The position numbers and the translations under genes are program-made. Of a stretch of DNA of 45,819 nucleotides, positions 35,192 to 44,997 are shown in pieces (position 1 is the stretch's first letter; every line of letters starts with the position of its first letter). This DNA comes from Candidatus Krumholzibacteriota bacterium (GTDB lineage: Bacteria > Krumholzibacteriota > Krumholzibacteriia > LZORAL124-64-63). The notes beneath the pieces were generated by a model. The model ran no database searches, had not been told where the DNA came from, and was given only the letters and a program-made list of their open reading frames with translations. The DNA lies in the NCBI GenBank assembly GCA_039714075.1, contig JBDLKA010000020.1, positions 1 to 45,819 of the forward strand, read 5' to 3'.

Positions 35192-36292
35192 TTGACGGCG
35201 CTCGACACATTCCCGCAAACCGCCCTGGATCCCGCCCGGACCACGGGTCTGATCCTGTGCGGCATGGGCGGGCCGGACCGCCCGGAGGCGGTTCAGCCAT
35301 TTTTGCGCAACCTGTTCGCCGACCCGCTGATCTTTCCCGTGCCCCGGCTTTTTGCGGGCATCGCGGGACGCTTCATCGCGTGGAAACGCGCGCCGGAAGT
35401 GCGCAAAAGGTATGCCATGATAAGCGCCGACTCCGCCACGCCCCAGCTGCCTACCACCAGAAAGCAGGCCGCATATCTGGCGGAAAAAATCAGTGCCACC
35501 GGCCGCGACGCCCTGCCCGGAATCGCCATGCGGTACTGGGACCCCTATCCGGAGGCCGCCGTCACCGGGTTGGTGGACGCCGGAGCGGGCCAGTTCCTGG
35601 TCGTCCCCACCTACCCCCAGTACTCCGGGGCCACCAACGGGAGCACCATCGATTTCGTTTTGGACGCCCTGGAAAAAATCGCGCCCGAGGCGCCGGTCAA
35701 CGTGGTTGCGGACTGGCACCTGCTGCCCGGTTTCATCGAGGCCCTGGCCTGGCCCGTCATCACCCGGGTGAGCCAGTGGGCGGACGCGGGTGTGGATCCC
35801 CGCCAGTGCGCCCTTCTTTACGTGGCCCACTCGCTGCCGGAATCATTCATCCGCAAGGGCGACCCCTATCTGGAAAGAACCCGGGCCACCGTTGACGCCG
35901 TGCATTCCAAAGTGAGAAAAGTTCTCGACGCCGCGGGCAAGGGCGCCTGGTTCGCCAAAATCAACGGCGGGACCGAACCCGGCCTTTGTTTCCAGAGCAA
36001 GGTCGGGCCCATCGCCTGGCTTGGTCCGCAGATCGAAAAAGAGGTGCCCCGCCTTGCCGAAGCCGGCATCCGCCGTCTGATGGTGCAGCCGGTCAGCTTC
36101 ACCTGCGAGCATATCGAAACGCTTCTGGAGCTGGACGTCGAATTGAAGAACCAGGCCCGGGACCTCGGCATCGAGGATTTCCACAGGGGCGCGGCCCTGA
36201 ACCTGAACGAGGTCTGGCTGGATTCCCTGGCCGATCATCTGGTCAATTTGGCTTTTTCGCCGGAGGTGGACGGCATTGTCCATGAAGCCTGA
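35192..36292 (+). CDS. hemH: Ferrochelatase
   Basis: MGGP, FLRNLFADP, MRYWDP, YPQYS, AHSLP, FQSKVGP..WL.P, SFTCEHIETL.ELD. Probable TTG start at 35192 after GAGGGG. Confidence 0.93.
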   Translation: MTALDTFPQTALDPARTTGLILCGMGGPDRPEAVQPFLRNLFADPLIFPVPRLFAGIAGRFIAWKRAPEVRKRYAMISADSATPQLPTTRKQAAYLAEKISATGRDALPGIAMRYWDPYPEAAVTGLVDAGAGQFLVVPTYPQYSGATNGSTIDFVLDALEKIAPEAPVNVVADWHLLPGFIEALAWPVITRVSQWADAGVDPRQCALLYVAHSLPESFIRKGDPYLERTRATVDAVHSKVRKVLDAAGKGAWFAKINGGTEPGLCFQSKVGPIAWLGPQIEKEVPRLAEAGIRRLMVQPVSFTCEHIETLLELDVELKNQARDLGIEDFHRGAALNLNEVWLDSLADHLVNLAFSPEVDGIVHEA

Positions 36293-37754
36293 CAGTTCTC
36301 CCCGTGTGGCGGTCATCGCCGGCGGCATCGCCGGGTTGGCGACCGCCCTGAACCTGCGCGACCAGGCAAAGGCCGCGGACCTCGACCTGCAGGTCACCGT
36401 ATTCGAAAAGGGGCCGGCGCCGGGCGGCAACCTGCAGACCATACGCCGGGACGGTTGGCAGCTGGAATGGGGACCCAACGGTTTCCTGGACAACGAACCG
36501 GCCACCCTGCGCCTGGTCGACCGGCTCGGCATCCGGGACAAGCTCCAGCGCAGCAGCGACGCCACCGCCCACCGGTTCCTGCTGGTGGACGGCCGGATCC
36601 AGGAAATCCCCGTCTCGCCCAGGGCCTTCCTCAAATCCGGCATGATGTCCACCGCCGCCAAGCTCCGCATGGCCGGCGAGTTGTTCGTTCCGCGCCGCCG
36701 GGATCTGGGCCGGGCCGCCGAGGATCCCGCCACCGACGAGACCATCGACCAGTTCGGAACGCGCCGCCTGGGTCGCACCTTCGCCGACGTCATGCTCGAC
36801 CCCATGGTCAAGGGCGTGTTCGGCGGGGAAGCGAAAAAACTCAGTCTGGCCGCGGCCTTTCCCCGCATGGTCGAACTCGAAAAGGACTACGGCGGTCTTT
36901 TCAAGGCCATGATGAAGCTGGCCCGCGACAAGAAGAAGCAGGGCAAGAGCAAGACCGACGCCGGACCGTCCGGCGTGCTGCACTCGTTCACCGGCGGAAT
37001 GGCGTCGCTGATCGACGCCCTGGCCGCCGACCTTGACGCCGATTCCCAGGCGGAAATCCGCACCGGCGCCGACGTGCAGAAGGTCACCCCCGGCGAGGAT
37101 GGCTGGACGGTCGACACCGCCGACGGAAGGCACGGCCCCTTCGACGCCGTGGTCCAGGCCGCCCCCGCCCACGCGGCGGCCCGCCACCTGGGGCATCTCG
37201 ATCCCGCGTTCGCCGATCACCTGGCCGCGATCCCCTTCGCGCCCATGGCCGTGATCGCCCTCGGGTTCAGGCGCGGATCCGTCGTCCACGATCTGAACGG
37301 ATTCGGCATGCTGGTGCCCAGTAAGGAAAAACGCGAGTTGCTGGGGGTCCTGTGGACCAGCAGCATCTTCCCGGGCAGGGCCCCCGACGGACAGGTCCTG
37401 TTGCGCTGCATGGCGGGCGGGTCCGGTAATCCGGGCTTCATGGAGCAAACGGAGGACGACATGGTCGGCGTCATCCTGTCGGAACTGCGGCCCCTGATGG
37501 GCTTGAAGGGCGCGCCCGACATGATCAAGGTGATCCGGCACGACAAGGCCATCGCCCAGTATGTTCCCGGCCATCTGGCCCGGCTGAAGGAAATCGACAG
37601 CGCGGCCGGCAGGTATCCCGGATTGTTCTTCACGGGCAGTTCCTACCGGGGCATTTCGGTCAACGCCTGTGTCAAGGAAGCGGAAACCGTCGCCGGTGAT
37701 GTTTTGCAGGGTTTGGCCGCAAAGCACGGCCACGCTCAAACGGAGGCTTTGTAA
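36282..37754 (+). CDS. hemY: FAD-dependent HemY-type proto-/coproporphyrinogen oxidase
   Basis: VAVIAGGIAGL, EWGPNGFL, SFTGGM, GFGMLVP, AIAQY..GH, GISVNACV. Confidence 0.92.
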   Translation: MKPDSSPRVAVIAGGIAGLATALNLRDQAKAADLDLQVTVFEKGPAPGGNLQTIRRDGWQLEWGPNGFLDNEPATLRLVDRLGIRDKLQRSSDATAHRFLLVDGRIQEIPVSPRAFLKSGMMSTAAKLRMAGELFVPRRRDLGRAAEDPATDETIDQFGTRRLGRTFADVMLDPMVKGVFGGEAKKLSLAAAFPRMVELEKDYGGLFKAMMKLARDKKKQGKSKTDAGPSGVLHSFTGGMASLIDALAADLDADSQAEIRTGADVQKVTPGEDGWTVDTADGRHGPFDAVVQAAPAHAAARHLGHLDPAFADHLAAIPFAPMAVIALGFRRGSVVHDLNGFGMLVPSKEKRELLGVLWTSSIFPGRAPDGQVLLRCMAGGSGNPGFMEQTEDDMVGVILSELRPLMGLKGAPDMIKVIRHDKAIAQYVPGHLARLKEIDSAAGRYPGLFFTGSSYRGISVNACVKEAETVAGDVLQGLAAKHGHAQTEAL

Positions 37755-38683
37755 TGGTCCTCATGATGTCGGTGTTCAAGGTCCTGATGCCCATGCTCTA
37801 CCTGGTGGTCTGGGGAACCTATCTCTGGCTTTTCTATACCGATCATCCGACCGCCCGCCGCCTGTGCACCCGTTTCGCCCTGGTCACCGTGGGGCTGCAC
37901 ACCGTCTGCATGGCGAGCCGCGGCATCGTTCTGGGGCGTCTGCCCATGGGTGCGCCCGCGGAATTCCTCTGCGGCCTGTCCCTGGCGATGCTGGCCACGT
38001 ACCTGGTGATCGAAATCAGGATCAAGGCCAAGAACACGGGGTTCCTGGTCACGGGAGTATCCTTCCTGCTGGTGTTCATCGGAAGCATCTTCGTCACCAC
38101 CACGACCGAGGTCAGCCCCTTCCTGAACGATCCCGGTTTCGCGGGCCACGCCGTCCTGGTGCTGTTCGCCTACACCGCCATGAGCCTGAGTTTCCTGTAC
38201 GCCCTGCTGTACCTGATCCTGAACCGGCAGTTGATGCAGCACAAGTTCGGGCTGCTGTTCCGGCGCCTGCCCTCGCTCGAAACCCTCGAACGCATGAGCG
38301 TGGGCGCGGTGAAACTGAGCGTGCCCCTGCTGTTCCTCTCGCTGTGCCTGGGCCATTTGTGGATGTACGACCTGGCCGACCGCATGGATTCGGAAATGGC
38401 CGACATGCTCAGCCCGTGGGATCCGAAGATCCTGATCAGCTGGGTCATCCTGCTGGGATATTCGGTGGGATTGCTGGGCAACCGGTTTCTCGGCTGGCGC
38501 GGCAAAAAGATGAACGTCATGGCCGTGGCGGCCTTCATCGCCGTGGTCGGCGCCATGGGGCTGGTCTACCACTTCTTCCCCAGCTTCCACAATTTCCGGT
38601 CCAGCCAGCCCATCTCCGCCCTGTCGGGTTTCCCCGATTCGGCGGCGGAAATGCTGGTGCTCAACGAGGAGGCCGGTAGATGA
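37754..38683 (+). CDS. CcsA/HemX-like cytochrome c assembly family membrane protein
   Basis: Multi-TM; conserved His residues, RLPSLETLE, WDPKI..W, LGWRGKK, HNF; directly upstream of hemA. Confidence 0.82.
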   Translation: MVLMMSVFKVLMPMLYLVVWGTYLWLFYTDHPTARRLCTRFALVTVGLHTVCMASRGIVLGRLPMGAPAEFLCGLSLAMLATYLVIEIRIKAKNTGFLVTGVSFLLVFIGSIFVTTTTEVSPFLNDPGFAGHAVLVLFAYTAMSLSFLYALLYLILNRQLMQHKFGLLFRRLPSLETLERMSVGAVKLSVPLLFLSLCLGHLWMYDLADRMDSEMADMLSPWDPKILISWVILLGYSVGLLGNRFLGWRGKKMNVMAVAAFIAVVGAMGLVYHFFPSFHNFRSSQPISALSGFPDSAAEMLVLNEEAGR

Positions 38684-40083
38684 TCGGGCCCACCTCACTG
38701 CACGTGCGCAGCATCAACCACAAGAACGCTCCGACCGAGGTGCGGGAAAAGGCGCACCTGGAACCGGAGCGGGCCACGGAATTGATGGATGCTCTGGGTG
38801 GGCACACCGCGGACGAAAACCATGTGCCGAGCGTCAGTGAAAACGGCTGCATCTCGGTGATCCCGGTTTCGACCTGCAACCGGACCGAAATCTATCTCGA
38901 GGTCCTCGAGGGAACCGACGCGGACGCGCTGTTGCGGCACGGTCTGGCCGAAGTGGGCGCCGACGCTGACATATTCTTCTCCGAACACGCCAGTTCCCTG
39001 CAGGATCTGGACGCGGTCAAGCACCTGTACAGTGTTTCGGCCGGCCTGGAAAGCATGATGCTGGGCGAACCCCAGATCTCGGCCCAACTCAAGGACGCCT
39101 ACCGTCTGGCCCGCAGCCACCACGAACCCGGTCCGGGATTGTTGCGCGCCTTCCAGGGCGCCTTCCGCGCGGGCAAGCGCGTGCGCACCGAAACCAGGAT
39201 TTCCAACGGCGCGGTTAGCGTGGCCTTCGCCGCGGTGGAACTGGCCCGGAAGTTCTTCGACAAACTCTGCGACCACCGCGCCGTCCTGGTCGGCGCCGGC
39301 GAAACCGGCGGGCTGGCGGCACGTCACTTCCTGCAGCACAACATCGGACATCTGACTGTGGTCAACCGCAGCCTGGAAAACGCCGAGACCCTGGCCGCCA
39401 CCCTGCGGGCCGAACGGAAGGCCGGCCTCGACAAGAAGTCCTCCAAAAATACCGGCGGGCTGCTGGCTCCGGCGCCCGACCCCGCGGGCAAGTGCGGCAA
39501 GATTTCCGTCCGGCCGTGGGAGTTGCTGACCGACGCCCTGGCCGAGGCCGACGTCATCCTTTCCACCACCGGCGCCACCGACCCGGTGATCCTGCCGGAC
39601 ATGGTCGAAGCCGCGGTGCCGCGCCGCCAAGGCAAGCCCCTGTTCCTGCTGGACATCGCCGTGCCGCGGGACATCCACCCGGACGTGTCGAAAATCGGCA
39701 ACGTGTTCACCTTCGGGCTGGACGATCTGGACGGCATCATCCAGGGCAACCTCGCCGCCCGCGCCGGCCAGGTGCCCCACGCCGAAGGGATCATCGAGGA
39801 AGAGTTGGTCGAGTTCCGGCAGTGGCTCGACGAGATCGATATCCGCCCGACCGTGGCCGAATTCAAGGCCTATCTCGAGGAGCTGAAGGACAAGCAGGTG
39901 GGCTTCGTGCGCAAGAAGCAGTCGGACGAGGTGGCCGCCGCCGTTGACCGCAGCCTGCAGCAGTTCATCAAGAAGGTTCTGGGACGGTCGGTTTCCACCT
40001 TGAAGAGCGCACAAACCCGCGAGGAGCGGGAGCGGGACCTCGAGACCCTCAAGCGGATTTTTGCTCCGGACGAGCGGGACTGA
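38680..40083 (+). CDS. hemA: Glutamyl-tRNA reductase
   Basis: NHKNAP..VRE, STCNRTE, GLESMMLGEPQI, VRTET, GAGE, DIAVPRDI. Confidence 0.95.
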   Translation: MIGPTSLHVRSINHKNAPTEVREKAHLEPERATELMDALGGHTADENHVPSVSENGCISVIPVSTCNRTEIYLEVLEGTDADALLRHGLAEVGADADIFFSEHASSLQDLDAVKHLYSVSAGLESMMLGEPQISAQLKDAYRLARSHHEPGPGLLRAFQGAFRAGKRVRTETRISNGAVSVAFAAVELARKFFDKLCDHRAVLVGAGETGGLAARHFLQHNIGHLTVVNRSLENAETLAATLRAERKAGLDKKSSKNTGGLLAPAPDPAGKCGKISVRPWELLTDALAEADVILSTTGATDPVILPDMVEAAVPRRQGKPLFLLDIAVPRDIHPDVSKIGNVFTFGLDDLDGIIQGNLAARAGQVPHAEGIIEEELVEFRQWLDEIDIRPTVAEFKAYLEELKDKQVGFVRKKQSDEVAAAVDRSLQQFIKKVLGRSVSTLKSAQTREERERDLETLKRIFAPDERD

Positions 40084-40160
40084 TTTCCGACTCATTCCTA
40101 TTATGTGAGTTACCGGGTCCTAGCGGTTTACGAAGGGGTCTCCAAAGAGCGGGGTCCGCA

Positions 40161-40559
40161 ATGTTACGCACATTTCGGTACTTCTGGTTGGTCAACCTGC
40201 TGTTTTTTTCGGCTGGATGCAGCGGTTATCGTGTCGTTGGATATTCCCTTCCCGAAATCACCTCCGAAACGCAACAGGAAATTGCGGCCGACACGAAACT
40301 CCAACCGGGTGATCGGGCCAGGGTCCAGTTGGTGGACGGAAGCAGGGCCGAGGGAATCGTCCAGGCGTTGTCTTCCCGGGAAATCACATTGCTGTCCGAT
40401 GACGAAGCCGGGCGGACCCTGTATTTTTCCGCCGACCAGATTTTTTCCGTCGAAAAGCACACTTCCTCGCAGACGACCACCCTCATCCTGGTGACCTTCA
40501 TCCTTGTGATAGCTGGAACCATTGCCATGGTGCCCTTTGACCTGATCTCAGGGATGTGA
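40161..40559 (+). CDS. Hypothetical small lipoprotein with C-terminal hydrophobic segment
   Basis: Lipobox-like FSAGC, small beta-rich core and hydrophobic tail; fills the gap between hemA and the symporter. Confidence 0.55.
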   Translation: MLRTFRYFWLVNLLFFSAGCSGYRVVGYSLPEITSETQQEIAADTKLQPGDRARVQLVDGSRAEGIVQALSSREITLLSDDEAGRTLYFSADQIFSVEKHTSSQTTTLILVTFILVIAGTIAMVPFDLISGM

Positions 40560-40579
40560 AATCACCGTAGGGCGGGTGT

Positions 40580-41932
40580 TTATTTATCCTGTTTCAATTG
40601 GTCGGTGCCCAAAACAATCACCGAAACGACCAACCCCGGGAAGATCGCCTCGACACCCAACCACGGCCCCCCGTGCCCGGCTATCAGCCAGGCCAGGGCA
40701 ACTGCCCCGGCAAGAAGCATCGAAACCAGAACCCGTCCCCCCGAAACCCGCCTTCGCGTATGCGCCAGCACCAGCGGCAAAAGCAACATGGGCGTCCCGA
40801 TCGACCCCAAGGTCTTCCACAGCTCGATCACCGACCCGGACCACAACGCCAGCCCCACGGCCACCACCGCGGTGGCCACCAGACTCCAGCGAATAACCGG
40901 CAGCGAGTCCTCTTCACCGATTCCCCGCCAGCGCCCGATCAGATCCCGCCCCAGGGTGATCGAACCGATGAAGGCGTAACTGTCCACCGTCGACATGATG
41001 GTGGCCAGCAGACCAACCGTGAACATTCCCTGCCAGAAGCCGGGCAATACCAGCTCCGCCAGGGCCGGAAAGGCCTGCACCGGGTCGGCCAGATCCGGCA
41101 GCAGCACCCGCGCGTACAAACCCGCCGTGGTGGTCAAAAAGTCGAACACGATCCAGAAACCGATGGCCGCGGCGATCCCCCACTTGGCGGTCTTTTCCGT
41201 GCGGGCGGCGTAGCACCGCTGATAGAAGGCCGGTTCGACCAGCGTGGACAAGGCGATGAAATACCATACCGCGATCGCCTGGAGACCCAGGCCGCCGTCC
41301 CATTTCAGATGCCCTTCCGGCAAACCCGCCTGCAAAAACGACCACCCGCCGAACCGTGACACGCACACCGGCACCAGAACACCGAAGGCAAGGAACATCA
41401 GGAAGAACTGGACGACGTCGGTGGCCACGACGGCACGCAGGCCGCCGCGAAACACGTAGCTGATCGATAGTAGTGTACCCAGCACAACGCCTATCCACAG
41501 CGGCAGGCCGGTGGCAAAATTAACCAGCACGCCGAGCATCAGGACGTAGGCGGCCGGGGCGGTCATCACGAACAATACACCCGCCCCCGCCAGGGCCGTT
41601 GGGCGGCCGAAGCGCTCTTCCAGCAGATCGGGTACGGTGAGAACGGCGGAGCGTCGGGCGCGGGCGGCGATAAAAACCGCAAACACGCCGGCGTACAGAT
41701 AGTAGGGCACCCCGAACACCAGCCAGTTGCTGACGCCGTAGGTCCAGGTGTATTCACCCACACCGAGAATACCGCCGTACCAGGTGGTCACCAGGGAGGC
41801 GGTGAAGGCGGGAAGGGTCAGGCGGCGGCCGGCGACGATGTAGTCCGCCGCCCCGGAAGAAGGCTTGCGAAAAAGGCGCAACACCACGAACAGGAGGAAG
41901 GCCGCGTAGACGACTCCGGCAACGGAGTTCAT
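40580..41932 (-). CDS. Sodium:solute symporter family protein (putative thiamine transporter)
   Basis: DYIVAGRRL, TVPDLLEERFG, GGLRAVVATD..QF, YQRCYAA, LATIMSTVDS; last gene of the TPP-riboswitch operon. Confidence 0.88.
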   Translation of the reverse strand: MNSVAGVVYAAFLLFVVLRLFRKPSSGAADYIVAGRRLTLPAFTASLVTTWYGGILGVGEYTWTYGVSNWLVFGVPYYLYAGVFAVFIAARARRSAVLTVPDLLEERFGRPTALAGAGVLFVMTAPAAYVLMLGVLVNFATGLPLWIGVVLGTLLSISYVFRGGLRAVVATDVVQFFLMFLAFGVLVPVCVSRFGGWSFLQAGLPEGHLKWDGGLGLQAIAVWYFIALSTLVEPAFYQRCYAARTEKTAKWGIAAAIGFWIVFDFLTTTAGLYARVLLPDLADPVQAFPALAELVLPGFWQGMFTVGLLATIMSTVDSYAFIGSITLGRDLIGRWRGIGEEDSLPVIRWSLVATAVVAVGLALWSGSVIELWKTLGSIGTPMLLLPLVLAHTRRRVSGGRVLVSMLLAGAVALAWLIAGHGGPWLGVEAIFPGLVVSVIVLGTDQLKQDK

Positions 41933-41933
41933 G

Positions 41934-42662
41934 TCACTCGTCCTCGAAAACGTCTTCGACGAATTCGGGGCCCAGTTCCCGGTAGACCGCCACCAGCAGG
42001 GAGCCGGTGCCCACGGAAACCAGAAGCGGCGACATCGTCACCCGGTTGCTGATCGTCGCGGGGCCGCCGGGTTCCAGGGTATCGCCCAACAGCGGGTACA
42101 TGGCGCCCTCGAAGGTCACGCCCGTGACCGGCCCGCACATGGGAATCACCGAAAACAAAACGCCCGGCGACAGATCCCAGGAAACTTTCGAATCCGCGCC
42201 CAGGCGAACGGTGTCTGCGTGATGGCCGGCAATCAGGATGCGCAGCCGGCCGGCGAACCGTTCCAGCAACTGCACGTTGAACAGCGTGTGATCCAGCCGC
42301 CACCCAGTCGACCCCATGAGGACGACTTCCTCGAACCCTTCGTTCTCCAGATAGAGAAGGGCTTTCTCGCTGTCGGTGGTGTACTGGTCGGAGACCTGCA
42401 GGAACTTGGGACCGTCCCGGCCCGAAAGAATGCGTCCGGCCAGGGAATCGAAATCCCCGATCACCACATCGGGCGACCGGGGCAGATGGTCATAGGGGTG
42501 TCCGGCGGCATCGGCGCAAACGAAAAGATCCGCGCCGTTCAACCAGTATTCCAGCAGGGGCACGGGCGGTTGCGGACCGTTGCACAGCACTACGGCCCGC
42601 TTGCCTTTCTTGCGGAAGATGGGACACGCGGCCCCGCCGGTTTCAGGATCGTAGTGGCTCAT
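41934..42662 (-). CDS. thiN: Thiamine pyrophosphokinase
   Basis: VCADAA, IGDFDS, DQYTTDSEKAL, GWRLDHTL.N, ISN; the ATG overlaps the TonB receptor stop. Confidence 0.9.
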   Translation of the reverse strand: MSHYDPETGGAACPIFRKKGKRAVVLCNGPQPPVPLLEYWLNGADLFVCADAAGHPYDHLPRSPDVVIGDFDSLAGRILSGRDGPKFLQVSDQYTTDSEKALLYLENEGFEEVVLMGSTGWRLDHTLFNVQLLERFAGRLRILIAGHHADTVRLGADSKVSWDLSPGVLFSVIPMCGPVTGVTFEGAMYPLLGDTLEPGGPATISNRVTMSPLLVSVGTGSLLVAVYRELGPEFVEDVFEDE

Positions 42663-44908
42663 CAGAAATTGTAATCCATCCCGACTGCGAAATTCCGCCC
42701 CGCGGCGGGTGTGTAAAAGTTTTCCTGATCCCAATCGCTCCAGTATCCCCATGTTTCGTATTCCGTGTCACCAAGATTTCTCACATGAACGAAGCCCCGC
42801 GCTCCATCAAGGGAAGGCAGACCCATTTTGCCCAGATTGAACCACAGGGAAAGATCGACCGTGGCCCAGGGATCGATGGTGTGTTCCCGGTTGCCTGAAT
42901 TGTCCAGATGCTGCCTTCCCGTATTCCGCAAACGGGTCCGGCTTTTGACGGCCCCGGTCCAGGCGGCGTCCCAGGTCACCATCAGCAGGCGGCTGGGAAA
43001 AAGGGCGATGGGATTGCCTGAATAGTCTTCTTCCGGCCCGACCTCACCGTGGTAGATGAATTCCTTGAACCTGTCCCAGCTCCGCGAGGCGGCTACCGCC
43101 AGATCATGGCGGTCGGTCAACCGGGCACGCAGGCCCAGTTCCAAACCCTTGTGTTCCGTTTTGCCGGCGTTGCCGCGGATGGAGCTGCCGTCTTCGCTGG
43201 TGCCGCCGTAAGGAACGATCTCGTTCTTGAAGTCCATCCAGTAGCCGCCCAGGGTAAAACTCAGGTGCGGGTTCTGCCAGGAGAAGCCGATTTCATAATC
43301 GTCGACACGTTCTTCCTGCACCTGGGGGCCGGACCATTCGAGGTAATCCACCGAACCGTCCGCCTTCAGTACTTCCCGACTGGTATCGAACAGAGGATCA
43401 ACATCAAAGTCGCTACCGCTATCCCAGATGTTGAAGAGTTCACCATCGGTGGGTTCGCGATGGTTGCGGCCGACCGATCCGTACACCGCCATGGAGCCGC
43501 CAACCACCCGCCCGGGCATCTGCCAATGCAACGCAGCCTTGGGGTTGAAAAAGTCGTAGTCCACCGTGTAGGCATTGCGCTGGTTGCCTACAAAATTGCC
43601 GACCTCATTTTGCATGAAGCTGTATTCCTTGTGCTGGAAGTGCAGATCCACCGTCGCGGTCAAACCGCCAACGATCCGGTAACGCTGGTTGGCGTACAGG
43701 GAATAGGCGTCTTTGTCTCCCGTATATTCGTGGTACTTGAACTGCTGGTTGAAATCCGCCGGGGTGAAACCTTCGGCCCAGAGAACGTCGCCCCAATGAT
43801 TCGAATGAAAGGTGTACAAGTCGCCTCCCACCAGCAGCCGGCCGCGATCCTGATTCCATTCCAGACCGGGCACCCAGCCGACGTGGTCCTTGCGAACCCA
43901 CTTCTGACGGATCAGATCCAATTCGTCGTCTGGTGCCACCCCTGAGATAAAGTCCAAGGCATAATTCTCGGCCGTTTGGTCATCCTTATAGTTCTCGTAA
44001 TATCCCTCACCCTGGATGTAATAAAGCCGGTTCGTCAGGGACAGACTGTCATTCAAATAGATCGTGTTGTGAAGTTCGTAATGGGGCTGCCGGAAGTTGT
44101 CCACCGCGTTGTGGTAGGTCTCCTGGTTCGCCTTGCGGTTTGTTTCGAGCACCGATTCGGGAACCGCGTCCCAGGCGTGATGGGTCAGCTCCTTGCCCGT
44201 GTAGATGTTGATCCGGGTCCAGGTGCTGGCCGTCTCGTACTGGCCGCTCCAGAAAACACCCCAACCCTCATGACCCGAACGGTCACGGTAGCCATCGCTT
44301 TCCTGGCGCGAAAGACGGATCATCGAGCTGAACCCCTGGCCCAACTTGCCGGTCTGGTAACTGATCATCTGCCTTGAGAACCCATAGCTGCCGGCGTTCA
44401 GGGAAAACATCCCGCCGGGTTTTTCCGCCAAATCCGCCGAAACGATGTTCACCGTCCCCCCGATGGCGGTCATGCCGCCGATGGAGTTGGTGACCCCCCG
44501 CTGCACCTGAATGTCCTGCACGCTGGCCGCCAGGTCGGGCATGTCCACCCACCAGACCTGGTGATCTTCGGGGTCGTTCAGGGGAATCCCGTTGAACAGC
44601 ACCCCGACCCGCCGCTGGTCGAAGCCGCGAATCTTCAGGTAGGTGTAGCCCAACCCGCTGCCCGCGTCGCTGTAGGAAAACACGCCGGGGATGCCCTGCA
44701 AAAGCATCGGCAGTTCGAGATCGGGCTCGCGCAGCTGCAACTCTTCCTGGGTGATGTTGGTGACATTCATGAGGGTGCCGTCATCGTAACGGCTCGCGGT
44801 AACGACGACTTCGCCGCTTTCGTAGGTCCGATCGGGATCGGTCTGGGTTTCAGCGAAGGCTGCTGTTGCAACAACAAGACTCAGAACGATATAAAGTGCG
44901 GGTTTCAT
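42662..44908 (-). CDS. TonB-dependent receptor (putative thiamine receptor)
   Basis: Signal peptide, EVVVTASR TonB-box region, plug motifs IRGFDQRR / NGIPLNDPE / GGTVNI, C-terminal YNF; first gene after the TPP riboswitch. Confidence 0.92.
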   Translation of the reverse strand: MKPALYIVLSLVVATAAFAETQTDPDRTYESGEVVVTASRYDDGTLMNVTNITQEELQLREPDLELPMLLQGIPGVFSYSDAGSGLGYTYLKIRGFDQRRVGVLFNGIPLNDPEDHQVWWVDMPDLAASVQDIQVQRGVTNSIGGMTAIGGTVNIVSADLAEKPGGMFSLNAGSYGFSRQMISYQTGKLGQGFSSMIRLSRQESDGYRDRSGHEGWGVFWSGQYETASTWTRINIYTGKELTHHAWDAVPESVLETNRKANQETYHNAVDNFRQPHYELHNTIYLNDSLSLTNRLYYIQGEGYYENYKDDQTAENYALDFISGVAPDDELDLIRQKWVRKDHVGWVPGLEWNQDRGRLLVGGDLYTFHSNHWGDVLWAEGFTPADFNQQFKYHEYTGDKDAYSLYANQRYRIVGGLTATVDLHFQHKEYSFMQNEVGNFVGNQRNAYTVDYDFFNPKAALHWQMPGRVVGGSMAVYGSVGRNHREPTDGELFNIWDSGSDFDVDPLFDTSREVLKADGSVDYLEWSGPQVQEERVDDYEIGFSWQNPHLSFTLGGYWMDFKNEIVPYGGTSEDGSSIRGNAGKTEHKGLELGLRARLTDRHDLAVAASRSWDRFKEFIYHGEVGPEEDYSGNPIALFPSRLLMVTWDAAWTGAVKSRTRLRNTGRQHLDNSGNREHTIDPWATVDLSLWFNLGKMGLPSLDGARGFVHVRNLGDTEYETWGYWSDWDQENFYTPAAGRNFAVGMDYNF

Positions 44909-44954
44909 TGCTGGCACCTCGAGAGGTTGGCCAGGCGGAGAAATGGACAGCCAC

Positions 44955-44990
44955 AAAAAACGGCGCCTCCGTTGATTTGGAAGGCGCCTG
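44955..44990 (-). terminator. Riboswitch expression-platform terminator
   Basis: Minus strand reads GGCGCCTTCC-aaatcaac-GGAGGCGCC-GTTTTTT, between the aptamer and the start codon. Confidence 0.75.
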
Positions 44991-44997
44991 ATGCGGC

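Noticed and set aside
36300..36340. HemY inactivated because the FAD motif reads AGGIAG rather than GxGxxG
   Set aside because: It is a single conservative change in an otherwise intact, full-length gene within a complete operon; not enough to call a pseudogene.
2413..40095. Long antisense or alternate-frame ORFs (e.g. 2413..4503, 4675..5883, 22022..24787, 30234..31886, 33711..35300, 38695..40095)
   Set aside because: They are shadows of well-supported genes, as expected with high GC3 codon bias, and carry no recognisable motifs.
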